Positions 1 to 8,113 of a DNA stretch of 32,000 bases are shown here, piece by piece. The translations under genes were made by a program, and so were the position numbers. Within the stretch, counting starts at the first letter, position 1; every line of letters starts with the position of its first letter. This DNA is from an uncultured Acidobacteriota bacterium. GTDB lineage: Bacteria > Acidobacteriota > Vicinamibacteria > Vicinamibacterales > UBA2999. The DNA lies in assembly GCA_963789815.1 (NCBI GenBank), contig CAWBMG010000002.1, positions 65,997 through 97,996 on the forward strand, given 5' to 3'. Under the pieces are notes generated by a model. The model was not told the origin of the DNA. It did no database searches and saw only the letters and a list, made by a program, of their open reading frames with translations.

Positions 1-1071
1 AGCCGGCAGCAGACGCGGGATGCCGAAGTGATGGTCCCACCCGAGCTGCACTACCATCGTGTAGCGCACATCGCGCTCAGCCAGGCGACGCGCCAGCAGG
101 CAGTTGCGGGCGAACGTCCCTGGCTTCCGCACGTCCGGCCCATAGAGATCGAGCACGTGGTCGGGCTCGTCGGAGATATCCGCGACCTCGGGCACCGACG
201 TCTGCATGCGGTACGACATCTCGTACTGGCTCACCTTCGAAGAAATTTCGGGATCGTTCGACAACTCGTGCTGCATCTTCGAGACGTCGGCGATGGCATC
301 GAGCATGTCGCGGCGATCCTTCGATGTCAGCCCGGTGGGATTGCTGATGTACGGAACCGGATTCTCGCCTGAGCGGAAGAGCACGCCCTGGTAGTGCGAC
401 GGCAAGAAGCCAGCGCCCCAGGCCGCGGCGTCTATCGGCACACCGTTGGGCTGCCCGGAGCTCATAACGACGAATGTCGGAAGGTTCTGGTTGTTCGAGC
501 CGAGGGCGTAGTTGACCCAGGCACCGCCAGACGGCCGGCCGGCGATCTGGAATCCTGTGTGGAGGAACTTCGACGCGGGATCGTGGTTGACGTGCTCGGT
601 GTGCATCGTTCGGATGATGCAGAGGTCATCGACGATGTCGCGCGTGTGCGGCATGAGATCGCTGACCATGATTCCGCTCTTGCCGCCTGGCTTGAACTTG
701 GCGAGTGGGCCAACGACAGGGTATGAGGTCTGCCCCGCGACCATCGTCGACAGCCGCGCCGTCCCGCGCACGGACGCAGGCAGTTCCTGGCCGTGCATCT
801 TCTCGAGCGTCGGCTTGTAGTCGAAGGTGTCTGATTGCGACACGGCGCCGAGCATGTGCAGGTAGATGACGCGCTTTGCCTTCGGCGGAAAGTTCGCTGT
901 TGTGAAGATGCCGTTGCTGAACGGAGTAGCGGCCCGCGAGACTGCCGATTGCTGAGCCCACGCGGGCGCGCCGAGCAACTCTGCAGCGGACAACCAGCCG
1001 AGCCCGGCCCCGAGCTTCAGAAAGAAGCCGCGGCGCCCTCGATCGATAACGTTCTTGATGTCTTCGTTCAT
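1..1071 (-). CDS. DUF1501 family protein (partial; C-terminal end lies beyond the left edge)
   Basis: Absent from the ORF track because it has no stop inside the window. My own translation of the minus strand from ATG 1071..1069 gives MNEDIKNVIDRGRRGFFLKLGAGLGWLSAAELLGAPAWAQQ (Tat-like RR leader), then ...NFPPKAKRVIYLHMLGAVSQSDTFDYKPTLEKMHGQELP...HTEHVNHDPA. The frame stays open to position 1 (357 codons). This pattern is typical of DUF1501 proteins, which classically follow PSD1/DUF1553 genes, as here (76-nt gap). A purine-rich GGAGTGAGAG lies directly upstream of the ATG. Confidence 0.75.
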   Translation of the reverse strand, partial: MNEDIKNVIDRGRRGFFLKLGAGLGWLSAAELLGAPAWAQQSAVSRAATPFSNGIFTTANFPPKAKRVIYLHMLGAVSQSDTFDYKPTLEKMHGQELPASVRGTARLSTMVAGQTSYPVVGPLAKFKPGGKSGIMVSDLMPHTRDIVDDLCIIRTMHTEHVNHDPASKFLHTGFQIAGRPSGGAWVNYALGSNNQNLPTFVVMSSGQPNGVPIDAAAWGAGFLPSHYQGVLFRSGENPVPYISNPTGLTSKDRRDMLDAIADVSKMQHELSNDPEISSKVSQYEMSYRMQTSVPEVADISDEPDHVLDLYGPDVRKPGTFARNCLLARRLAERDVRYTMVVQLGWDHHFGIPRLLPA

Positions 1072-1147
1072 CTCTCACTCCAGAACGACATTGAATCGAC
1101 CTCTACGCCGATAAACGCTCCCTCTGTAACGGGCATCTTCGGCCAAT

Positions 1148-4100
1148 TTAGCGAAGCGTGTAGGCGTCGGGCGTGTTCATGATCACAGCGGTCAGGTTGG
1201 TGAGCGCCGCCAGTCGTCCCTGGTCGATACCCACGGGGACCGGGCTCACGCCGATGCGCAGGAGCGTCGCCGCAGCCGCTTGGTCGCTCGCATAGCGCTG
1301 CAGTTGCGCGTCGTAGTACGCCCGTAGCCGCGTGCGCTCGTTCGCCGTCGGGTGTCTGCGCGTCGCGAGCCGGAAGATGGTCGTGACCTGCACGTCGGCA
1401 TCGCCCGGCGCGCCCATGACGTTGGCGGCGAGCACGCGATATGCCTCCACGTACTGCGGGTCGTCCAGGAGCACCAGCGCCTGCAGCGGTGTGTTCGAGG
1501 TTTGCCTGCGTACGACGCTCGTGCCGCGGTCAGGCACGTCGAAGGTGGCGAGCGCCGGATGTGGCGCGTTCCGTTTGATGAAAGTGTAGAGCGTGCGCCG
1601 GTGATGGCCATCCGCAGGGACCTCATCGGCGGTCGGGTATGAATACGCCGCGAGTCCGTCCCAGATGCTATCCGCCTGGTACGGGTAGACGCTCTTGCCG
1701 CCGACGTCCCGCACGAGCAACCCGCTCGCCGCCAGCGCCTGGTCGCGGACCATCTCCGCTGGCATTCGCACACGGCTGAAGCGCGCGAGCAGCACATTGC
1801 GTGGATCGCGCTTGAGCAGCGCATCGTCGATGTTGGAGCCCTGTCGGAATGTCGCCGACATGACGAGCCGCTTCTGCAGCGCCTTCACGTCCCAGCCCGA
1901 TTCGACGAACGTCACAGCGAGCCAGTCGAGCAGTTCGGGATGGGAGGGGATCGCCCCCTGGGCGCCAAAGTCTTCGGATGTCTCCACGAGGCCGCGGCCA
2001 AAAGCGCGCTGCCAAAGCCGGTTGACGAACACGCGAGACGTCAACGGATGCTTCGCGTCGAACAACCAGCGGGCGAGCCCGATGCGGTTCTTCGGCAGAG
2101 CCTCATCCCACGCGAAGATGCGGGAGAGGCCGCGCGGCTGCACCTCGTCACCGTGGTCGCTGTAGACGCCGCGCAGCAATAGGTACGTGGGGCGGGGCTT
2201 GAGCGTGTCACCCATCACCGGCACCTGCGGCAGCACCGAGACGATCTGATTTTCGGCGTTACGCGCCTCGGTCAAAGCCGCCGCCGCGGCGGCCACGCGC
2301 GGATCGTTGGCCACCAGCACATCGGCGACGTCGGCGACGGCCGCCGCCGCCGGCGCGGGACGACCTGCGGCTTCGCCAGCGTAGCGGACCTCGAGCGGCG
2401 TCAGCGCGCGATTGAAGACACGGAACTCGTCGATCGCCCCATCCTTCATCGGCGTGAAGCGGAAGCGGCGCCCGAACATGATCCCGAGATACTCGCCGCC
2501 GAAAAGACCGCCGCCGTTGGGTTGGATGGTCCGCGTCAGGTTGTCGCTAATGATGTCCGCGTCGGCACGCAGGCCGTCGACATACAGGGCCACGCCGGCC
2601 GCCCGGCTCGAGCCGTCGTAGGTCATAGTGACGCGCGACCACTGCTTCAGCGGCAGCGGTGCTCTGCTGACGACGCGAATCATGTTTCCGGCGCGGGAGT
2701 GCTGCAGGTCGAACTGAAGTCGGTTCCGATCGAGTTGCAGCTGGTAGCCGACGTTGCCGGAGTTGTTGTCCTCTCGATGATTGAAGACCGTAGCGTCGTC
2801 GTAAACCTGGTTCGGCAGCACCCAGAGATCGATGCTGAACGCTTGCGTCCGTTCGTAGTCTCCGACACCGTCCCCGAGGATGCCTCGGTTGTTGTCGTCG
2901 AAGAAAAACGCCTTGCCTTTTACGCCGTCCTTGAGGAGGGGGGCTTCGAAGAGTGCTGGCTTGAGCCCCGGCATACCTGCCGGGGAGAAGCGCAGCGCGT
3001 CGCGCACAAGGTCCCCCGGCAACGTGCGCACTTGGCGAACCACCTGTTGCAGCTGTTCCCCTGTCAGATCGCCGCGTCCCGCCGCGGGGGGCGCACCGCC
3101 GCGCCCACCGGGTCCGCCCTGGCGCCCCGCTGCAGCCGGGCTCTGCGGCGCGACTGCCGGAGTACCGCCTTGCGGCACGGGCACGGGAGGTCCACCGAAG
3201 CCAAACCGCGAGCGCGTTTCCGGTGCGAGCGGCGGCGGGGCGAGACGACGTCGCGGCTTCGATCGCGGCAACTGATCGTCGGGCACAAGCGACGTCTCCT
3301 CGAACGGGTAGTAGGCGACGAGCGCGCGCTGTAGCGACTGGCGAACGGTGTCCGACACTTCCGCCGGCGTTCGCACAATCGTCGCAGCTTGATTCATGGC
3401 ATCGTGGCTGGCGGCGGTGCGCGCCGTGGCCAATGCGGCCTCGCCGCTGCGGATCGCCACCGCTGCCGCCGCGATCTTCGCGTCGGTGGCCGCATCCGTC
3501 CACGGAAGCGTTGGCCCTGGCGTAATTCCCGTGGTACCGGGCGCGTAGAAGCCGGGCTCGTCCGTGCTATTGAAGAACCCGGTCATCGAATAGAAGTCCT
3601 TGTGACTGATCGGGTCGTACTTGTGGTCGTGGCAGCGCGCGCAGCCGACGGTCATGCCAAGGAAGGCGGTCCCAATCGTGTTGGTGCGATCAACGGCGTA
3701 CTCGACGCGGTATTCCTCATCGATCGCACCGTTCTCCGTCGTACGTTTACCGACGCGCAGGAATGCCGTCGCCAGCACCTGTTCCTTCGAGTGGCTCGGC
3801 ATTAGGTCGCCGGCGATCTGCCACGTGCCGAACTGGTCGAACGGCATGTTGCGGTTGAAGGCCGAAATGATCCAGTCGCGGTACGGCCAGAACAGACGGT
3901 CGTGATAGTCGTCGAGGAAGCCGTCGCTCTCGGAGTAGCGAGCGAGATCGGACCAGTAGGACGCCATGTGCTCGCCAAAGCCCGGAGACGCCAGAAGCCG
4001 ATCCACAACCCTCTCGTAGGCTCGCGGTGTCCTGTCTTTCAAGAAGGCGTCGACCTCCGCGAGCGTGGGCGGGAGACCAGTCAGCACGAGCGTGACCCGA

Positions 4101-4684
4101 TTGATAAGCGTTTCCCGATCCGCTTCGGGCGACATTTGGAGCCCCTCGCGCTGCAGACGCCGGATGACGAAGCGATCGATCTCGGTCATCGCTCGGTCTC
4201 GGGTCGTCACCGGAGGAAGCACGGGCTTCTGGGGCGTGATGAAGGCCCAGTGGGGCTTGTATTGCGCGCCTTCGGCAATCCATCGGCGAAGGATGTCGAT
4301 CTTCTCGGGCGCGAGGGTCTTGTTCGTGATAGCCGGCGGCATTCGGACTGCGACGTTCTCGTGCGCGACGCGCCGGAGCAGCTCGCTCTCGTCAGGCTTG
4401 CCGGGAACGATCGCCCTCCGGCCGCTGCGCTCGTTCAGCACCTTCGTGGCGCCCTCGGCCTCGTCCAGACGCAGGCCGGCGCGGCGGGCTTTCTCGTCGG
4501 GCCCATGGCACTGGAAGCAGTTCTCCGAAAGGATGGGCCGGACGTCCCAGTTGTAGTCGACAGGTTCGGGCCCGGCCGGCGACCGCGGCCCCGCCTGCTG
4601 TGTCGACCCGGCGAGCACAACACCGCAGGAAACGAGTGCTGCGAGCCCAACGCCGAATCGCCACACGCGAGGACCAAGAGTCAT
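1148..4684 (-). CDS. PSD1 / DUF1549 / DUF1553 protein with N-terminal planctomycete-type cytochrome c domain and LamG-like insert
   Basis: ORF 1148..4774. I moved the start to ATG 4684..4682 (MTLGPRVWRFGVGLAALVSCGVVLAG, a signal or anchor sequence) because AGGAGGAG lies 7 nt upstream. Motifs: CFQCHGPDEKARRAGLRLD (CxxCH haem site), a LamG/concanavalin-like block (FSIDLWV...IDEFRVFNRAL), and a DUF1553/PSD1-like C-terminal half (VNRLWQRAFGRGLVETSEDFG...). Paired with DUF1501 downstream. Confidence 0.85.
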   Translation of the reverse strand: MTLGPRVWRFGVGLAALVSCGVVLAGSTQQAGPRSPAGPEPVDYNWDVRPILSENCFQCHGPDEKARRAGLRLDEAEGATKVLNERSGRRAIVPGKPDESELLRRVAHENVAVRMPPAITNKTLAPEKIDILRRWIAEGAQYKPHWAFITPQKPVLPPVTTRDRAMTEIDRFVIRRLQREGLQMSPEADRETLINRVTLVLTGLPPTLAEVDAFLKDRTPRAYERVVDRLLASPGFGEHMASYWSDLARYSESDGFLDDYHDRLFWPYRDWIISAFNRNMPFDQFGTWQIAGDLMPSHSKEQVLATAFLRVGKRTTENGAIDEEYRVEYAVDRTNTIGTAFLGMTVGCARCHDHKYDPISHKDFYSMTGFFNSTDEPGFYAPGTTGITPGPTLPWTDAATDAKIAAAAVAIRSGEAALATARTAASHDAMNQAATIVRTPAEVSDTVRQSLQRALVAYYPFEETSLVPDDQLPRSKPRRRLAPPPLAPETRSRFGFGGPPVPVPQGGTPAVAPQSPAAAGRQGGPGGRGGAPPAAGRGDLTGEQLQQVVRQVRTLPGDLVRDALRFSPAGMPGLKPALFEAPLLKDGVKGKAFFFDDNNRGILGDGVGDYERTQAFSIDLWVLPNQVYDDATVFNHREDNNSGNVGYQLQLDRNRLQFDLQHSRAGNMIRVVSRAPLPLKQWSRVTMTYDGSSRAAGVALYVDGLRADADIISDNLTRTIQPNGGGLFGGEYLGIMFGRRFRFTPMKDGAIDEFRVFNRALTPLEVRYAGEAAGRPAPAAAAVADVADVLVANDPRVAAAAAALTEARNAENQIVSVLPQVPVMGDTLKPRPTYLLLRGVYSDHGDEVQPRGLSRIFAWDEALPKNRIGLARWLFDAKHPLTSRVFVNRLWQRAFGRGLVETSEDFGAQGAIPSHPELLDWLAVTFVESGWDVKALQKRLVMSATFRQGSNIDDALLKRDPRNVLLARFSRVRMPAEMVRDQALAASGLLVRDVGGKSVYPYQADSIWDGLAAYSYPTADEVPADGHHRRTLYTFIKRNAPHPALATFDVPDRGTSVVRRQTSNTPLQALVLLDDPQYVEAYRVLAANVMGAPGDADVQVTTIFRLATRRHPTANERTRLRAYYDAQLQRYASDQAAAATLLRIGVSPVPVGIDQGRLAALTNLTAVIMNTPDAYTLR

Positions 4685-4825
4685 GGGCGTCGCTCCTCCT
4701 GATAAGTTCGCCGACGACCTGGAAACGTTTTCAAAAGGGGATATTCTCATATCTTGCCATTGCTGAAAAGCCAAAACGGCGGCACGACACGGCTCACCTC
4801 TAAGACTTTGAGTGATGAGCCTGCT

Positions 4826-5677
4826 CTACCCTTCGGAAACGTGTATCCGAGTCTGTCGATCGGGCGCACGTCTGCGGCGCGCATCGACGCTCCAAGCACC
4901 GGCTCCCGCGACGAAAAAGTACAAGAAAACGACGAAGTACAGCAATGCTTCAATCCCACCGTTGCGGATCGGCCAGGTCTCACGCGGGGCCGCCACGAGG
5001 ACATACGCCAGCAGCGCCTCGACAGAGAGGACCAGCGACGTTTGTCTCACGAAGAGCCCGAGCATCAGCAGCATACCGCCCGCCAACTCGAGGTAGCCAG
5101 TGAATGGGGGCAGTGAATCCAGCGCCAGCGGTGGCGCGTTCCGTCTTCCGGCAACAGAGACGAACATGCCGAACAACTTCCTGCACCCATGAAGGGCCAT
5201 GAGGAAGCCGACAATGATCCGAAGCACCGATCTGACCTGTGGCTCCCAGGCCGCGATACGCCTTACGAAAGGTCCTATCGCGCGGCGTCGCTCGATCGCG
5301 GCGTCGAGGCTCCACGCCCCCGCGCCGGCGGCCACGAACCATAGAAAGATGTAGCAGTTGAGCACGGCTTCCTCACCGCCGTTGGCGATCGGGAAGAACC
5401 CGCGTGGCGCCCAGGATCGAAAGTAGGCGACAGCCATCTCGCCGCTCAGAATGAACGCCGTCGGTCTCGTGAAAAGCCCCAGCGCGAGAAGTGGCCCGCC
5501 AACGGCTTCGAGAATGCCACCGACGCCACGAATACCCCACAGCGTGGACTCGGGACGCGCGCCTGCAAACCCGAACAGCTTCTCCAACCCATGCTGCATG
5601 AACAGCAAGCCGGCGACTACGCGCACGACGCACAGAATGTACGGCTGGAACCGCTCAACACCGTCCGCGGCACTCAC
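4826..5677 (-). CDS. DoxX family membrane protein, tandem (two DoxX repeats)
   Basis: 283-aa ORF. Two repeats of the DoxX pattern: RVVAGLLFMQHGLEKLFG...GGPLLALGLFTRP...AGAGAWSLD and RIIVGFLMALHGCRKLFG...AGGMLLMLGLFVRQ...AGAGAWSVD. The GTG start overlaps the upstream ORF's stop (GTGA). Confidence 0.8.
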   Translation of the reverse strand: MSAADGVERFQPYILCVVRVVAGLLFMQHGLEKLFGFAGARPESTLWGIRGVGGILEAVGGPLLALGLFTRPTAFILSGEMAVAYFRSWAPRGFFPIANGGEEAVLNCYIFLWFVAAGAGAWSLDAAIERRRAIGPFVRRIAAWEPQVRSVLRIIVGFLMALHGCRKLFGMFVSVAGRRNAPPLALDSLPPFTGYLELAGGMLLMLGLFVRQTSLVLSVEALLAYVLVAAPRETWPIRNGGIEALLYFVVFLYFFVAGAGAWSVDARRRRAPDRQTRIHVSEG

Positions 5678-5883
5678 TTGCCGACGACACCGTCGCGGAT
5701 CAACCTGTTGAAGCGCTCCTCCTCCGAGGGCACGCAGTAGATCCGCTCATCCCGGATCTTCTCGTTCGCGCGGTCGCGGCGGAACAGCTTCACGTCGCTG
5801 CGAAACGGCGCTGCGTAGTATTCGGGGTCGGTGATCGTCATCGTCAACTCGAGTGTTTCGGCGTCGACCAGATCCCTCGGCAT
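5674..5883 (-). CDS. 69-aa ORF equal to the C-terminal domain only of the 311-aa secreted protein at 7150..8085 (stand-alone domain or gene relic)
   Basis: DAETLELTMTITDPEYYAAPFRSDVKLF...IYCVPSEEERFNRLIRDGVVGK aligns with AFDTLELNMTITDPSYYAKPWKGQTKQF...DLCAPVDELEFNRTIRDPAGTGK. The ATG sits 4 nt after the stop of the upstream 4-TM gene, and the stop overlaps the DoxX GTG. No clear SD. Confidence 0.45.
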   Translation of the reverse strand: MPRDLVDAETLELTMTITDPEYYAAPFRSDVKLFRRDRANEKIRDERIYCVPSEEERFNRLIRDGVVGK

Positions 5884-5887
5884 GAGG

Positions 5888-6379
5888 CTACAGGTTGTAA
5901 GCCATGATTCGGCCCGCGGCGATGATGCAGAACCACAAAACGAGTGATACGAGGCCGGCTACGCGGGCACGCAATGGCGGTTTGTCTGTGGTGTCCCACT
6001 GATCGCGTTGGCGGTCGATCGTGGTGTGGAAAATGAGGATATTCAGCCCTCCGAGCACGAGCAGACCCAGCTTGATGCGAAAGTAGGTGCTCGCGTAGGC
6101 CTCGGCAGCTCGTGCCGAAAACAGGAGCGCGCCCGTGACGAACATCACGACGAAGCCGAGCATCATCCAGGGCCTCACCTGAGTGAACACGTTCGACACA
6201 GAATCGCGGCGCATGGCGACGCCGAGCAGGCGAAGATCGAACCACATCACCGTACCGACCGAGAGGGCCAGGCCAAGCACGTGGCTTCCTTCGATGAACG
6301 GATAGGCGTAGCCCGATTCCCGGATCGAGGTGCCGAGGGAGGTATCCTGCAACCATTGGCACCAGTCGAGGAGTGACAT
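5888..6379 (-). CDS. Small 4-TM membrane protein, paralog of 8114..8599 (I believe DUF6644-like; not verifiable here)
   Basis: ORF 5888..6517 trimmed to ATG 6379..6377 (MSLLDWCQWLQ...), with GGAG just upstream. Full-length alignment with 8114..8599: H-x-x-GL...GTV, TGAL-F...AEAY-S-Y-FR-K, FH-T-I, GLV-LVLWF...AGR-IA. Confidence 0.65.
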   Translation of the reverse strand: MSLLDWCQWLQDTSLGTSIRESGYAYPFIEGSHVLGLALSVGTVMWFDLRLLGVAMRRDSVSNVFTQVRPWMMLGFVVMFVTGALLFSARAAEAYASTYFRIKLGLLVLGGLNILIFHTTIDRQRDQWDTTDKPPLRARVAGLVSLVLWFCIIAAGRIMAYNL

Positions 6380-6531
6380 CACATCTCCGCGCCCTTGGAT
6401 GTCTGCTGACCAGCGACGACCATCGCGCCGGTAAACGGGACGAATTCGAAACCAAGAAGCGGACCACGTCGCTAGGTTGTCACGACCTCTCCGCGACTGC
6501 GAAACGGAGCGTGGCACCGGCTGTCCTGTAG

Positions 6532-6559
6532 ACTATATGCAAACGATTTGCTTTGGCAA
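6532..6559 (-). promoter_or_regulatory. Candidate sigma70-type promoter for the minus-strand 4-TM / 69-aa / DoxX operon
   Basis: The minus strand reads TTGCCA (6559..6554), a 16-nt spacer, then TATAGT (6537..6532). It lies in the AT-richer spacer, about 145 nt upstream of ATG 6379. Confidence 0.4.
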
Positions 6560-6561
6560 AT
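6546..6561. promoter_or_regulatory. Perfect palindrome ATTTGC-N4-GCAAAT (possible operator)
   Basis: ATTTGCTTTGGCAAAT has 6-bp arms that are exact reverse complements. It overlaps the -35 and spacer of the minus promoter and lies 7 nt upstream of the plus -35. Confidence 0.3.
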
Positions 6562-6567
6562 TCTTTA

Positions 6568-6596
6568 TTGACAGCCCTTGGCGGCTCACATAGATT
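6568..6596 (+). promoter_or_regulatory. Candidate sigma70-type promoter for the DUF6152 operon
   Basis: TTGACA (6568..6573), a 17-nt spacer, then TAGATT (6591..6596), about 60 nt upstream of ATG 6659. Confidence 0.45.
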
Positions 6597-6658
6597 TGAG
6601 CGGTCACGCACCTGACTGTCTGCTGTCTCTGACAGCGTCTCGGTATCTGGAGCACCCG

Positions 6659-7126
6659 ATGAACACCCGAAAAAGCGTACTGATGAGCGCAACTCTCGCG
6701 CTGATCGCGATGGCACTCCCTGCATCGGCTCACCACGGCACGAACATCGCGTACGACCGTTCGAAGCAGTTCACGAAGCCAGCCATCGTCACGAAATTCG
6801 AGTACCGCAATCCCCATCCGCAGCTGTTCGTGGAAATGAAGGACGACAAGGGGGTGGTTGAACATTGGGGCCTGGAGCTGCTGCCGAATCCGGCGCAGCT
6901 GATGCGGAACGGGTGGAGCCGCCAGCGATCAAGCGAGGTATTGAAGCCGGGCACGCCGGTGGTCGTCACGGTCGCACCGTCGAAGGCTGGGGGGATCGTC
7001 GCCTTGTTGCTGCGCATCACCAGCCCAGAGGGTGAAGAGCTGGTTACGGGTGGAGGCGGTGCTGGAGGGCGTCAGGGAGATCCCGATGCCGGCCGACAGG
7101 GCGGCGCCGGACGCGGCGCCGAGTAA
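6659..7126 (+). CDS. DUF6152-like small secreted protein with Gly/Arg/Gln-rich C-terminal tail
   Basis: ORF 6578..7126 trimmed to ATG 6659. It opens MNTRKSVLMSATLALIAMALPASA|HHGTNIAYD (signal peptide with A-x-A site, predicted mature end His-His). Then ...FEYRNPHPQLFVEMKDDKGVVEHWGLEL...LMRNGWSR...LKPGTPVVV, which matches my memory of DUF6152. Tail: GGGGAGGRQGDPDAGRQGGAGRGAE. Confidence 0.7.
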   Translation: MNTRKSVLMSATLALIAMALPASAHHGTNIAYDRSKQFTKPAIVTKFEYRNPHPQLFVEMKDDKGVVEHWGLELLPNPAQLMRNGWSRQRSSEVLKPGTPVVVTVAPSKAGGIVALLLRITSPEGEELVTGGGGAGGRQGDPDAGRQGGAGRGAE

Positions 7127-7149
7127 GCACATTGCTAGAGGAGCGTCAC

Positions 7150-8085
7150 ATGCAGCATCGCCTCGCTACATCACTCGGTGTCTTGGCCGCCATTGTCGCG
7201 CTTACAGTGGCGCTCATTGGTCAGCAACCAGGCGGCCGACAGGGCGCCGCGGGCCGTCAGGGCACGCCGGCCGCTGACAACCGACAATTCAACGCGCGCG
7301 AACTGGTCGGCATCTGGAGTCGCAATGCTGGAGGGTACGGTGGCGGGGGGACCTGCGCTGGGTGCGGCGACCGCGGCTACAGTCTCGAGTTTCCGGAGTT
7401 CACGGCCGATGGTCAGGCCGCATTCGAGAAGAATATCCCCTCGTACGGCCGTCCAAAAGACAGTGAAGACGCCAAGGCACACCCGGAGGAACACATCGGC
7501 CGTCGGCGCGCGCAGCCGCCCGCGCTCGGCAACGACCTGTACGGTCAGTGCAACCCAATGGGCGTACCACGCGCGCTCCTCTATCCCGATCCTGTCGAGT
7601 TCTATGTGCTGCCCGATCGCATCCTGCAGCACTTTGAATGGCACTACGGTCTCCGCACGATCTGGATGGACGGTCGGAAGCTGCCGACTCCCCCGCTCGA
7701 CCTGCCACGCTGGTGGGGCTACTCGGTCGGCCGCTGGGAGGGCGACACGCTCGTCGTCGAGTCTGTTGGCCACGAGGACCGCACATGGATTGACTACTTC
7801 GGATATCCACACAGCGAGATGATGAAGCTCGAGGAGCGCTACCGACGCATCGCATTTGATACGCTCGAGCTGAACATGACGATCACGGATCCAAGCTATT
7901 ACGCGAAGCCCTGGAAGGGCCAGACAAAACAGTTCAAGCTTCTTGCAAAGGATTTCATCAAGACGCCGGAAGGCTGGAGCGGCCTGCTCGAGGATCTCTG
8001 CGCGCCCGTCGACGAGCTCGAGTTCAATCGCACGATCCGGGACCCGGCCGGGACTGGCAAGCCGGCGGCACCGACGGCGCGGTAG
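7150..8085 (+). CDS. Secreted protein of unknown function ('WEGDTLVV' family) with N-terminal CxxC
   Basis: ORF 7132..8085 (TTG). I prefer ATG 7150, with GAGGAG at 7138..7143. Signal-like MQHRLATSLGVLAAIVALTVALIG. Motifs: TCAGCGD (CxxC), GQCNPMGVP, RTIWMDGRKLP, GYSVGRWEGDTLVVESVG, LELNMTITDPSYYAKPW. I recognise these as a recurrent uncharacterised family but cannot name a Pfam entry. Confidence 0.75.
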   Translation: MQHRLATSLGVLAAIVALTVALIGQQPGGRQGAAGRQGTPAADNRQFNARELVGIWSRNAGGYGGGGTCAGCGDRGYSLEFPEFTADGQAAFEKNIPSYGRPKDSEDAKAHPEEHIGRRRAQPPALGNDLYGQCNPMGVPRALLYPDPVEFYVLPDRILQHFEWHYGLRTIWMDGRKLPTPPLDLPRWWGYSVGRWEGDTLVVESVGHEDRTWIDYFGYPHSEMMKLEERYRRIAFDTLELNMTITDPSYYAKPWKGQTKQFKLLAKDFIKTPEGWSGLLEDLCAPVDELEFNRTIRDPAGTGKPAAPTAR

Positions 8086-8113
8086 GGCCTCCCTTTCCGA
8101 GCGGGGATCTTCG

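Noticed and set aside
2522-4702. Several 130-320-aa ORFs on both strands inside the PSD1 gene (for example 2522..3334 +, 2547..3503 -, 3902..4702 +)
   Set aside because: All overlap the 1178-aa PSD1 reading frame, which carries multiple recognisable domains. They have the Arg/Ala/Gly/Pro-biased composition of off-frame GC-rich ORFs.
4685-4825. Possible promoter (TTGGCT-17-TATGAG on the minus strand) and DoxX terminator in the PSD1-DoxX spacer
   Set aside because: The -10 and -35 matches are weak. I found no convincing stem-loop with a U-tract, so this is too uncertain to list as a feature.
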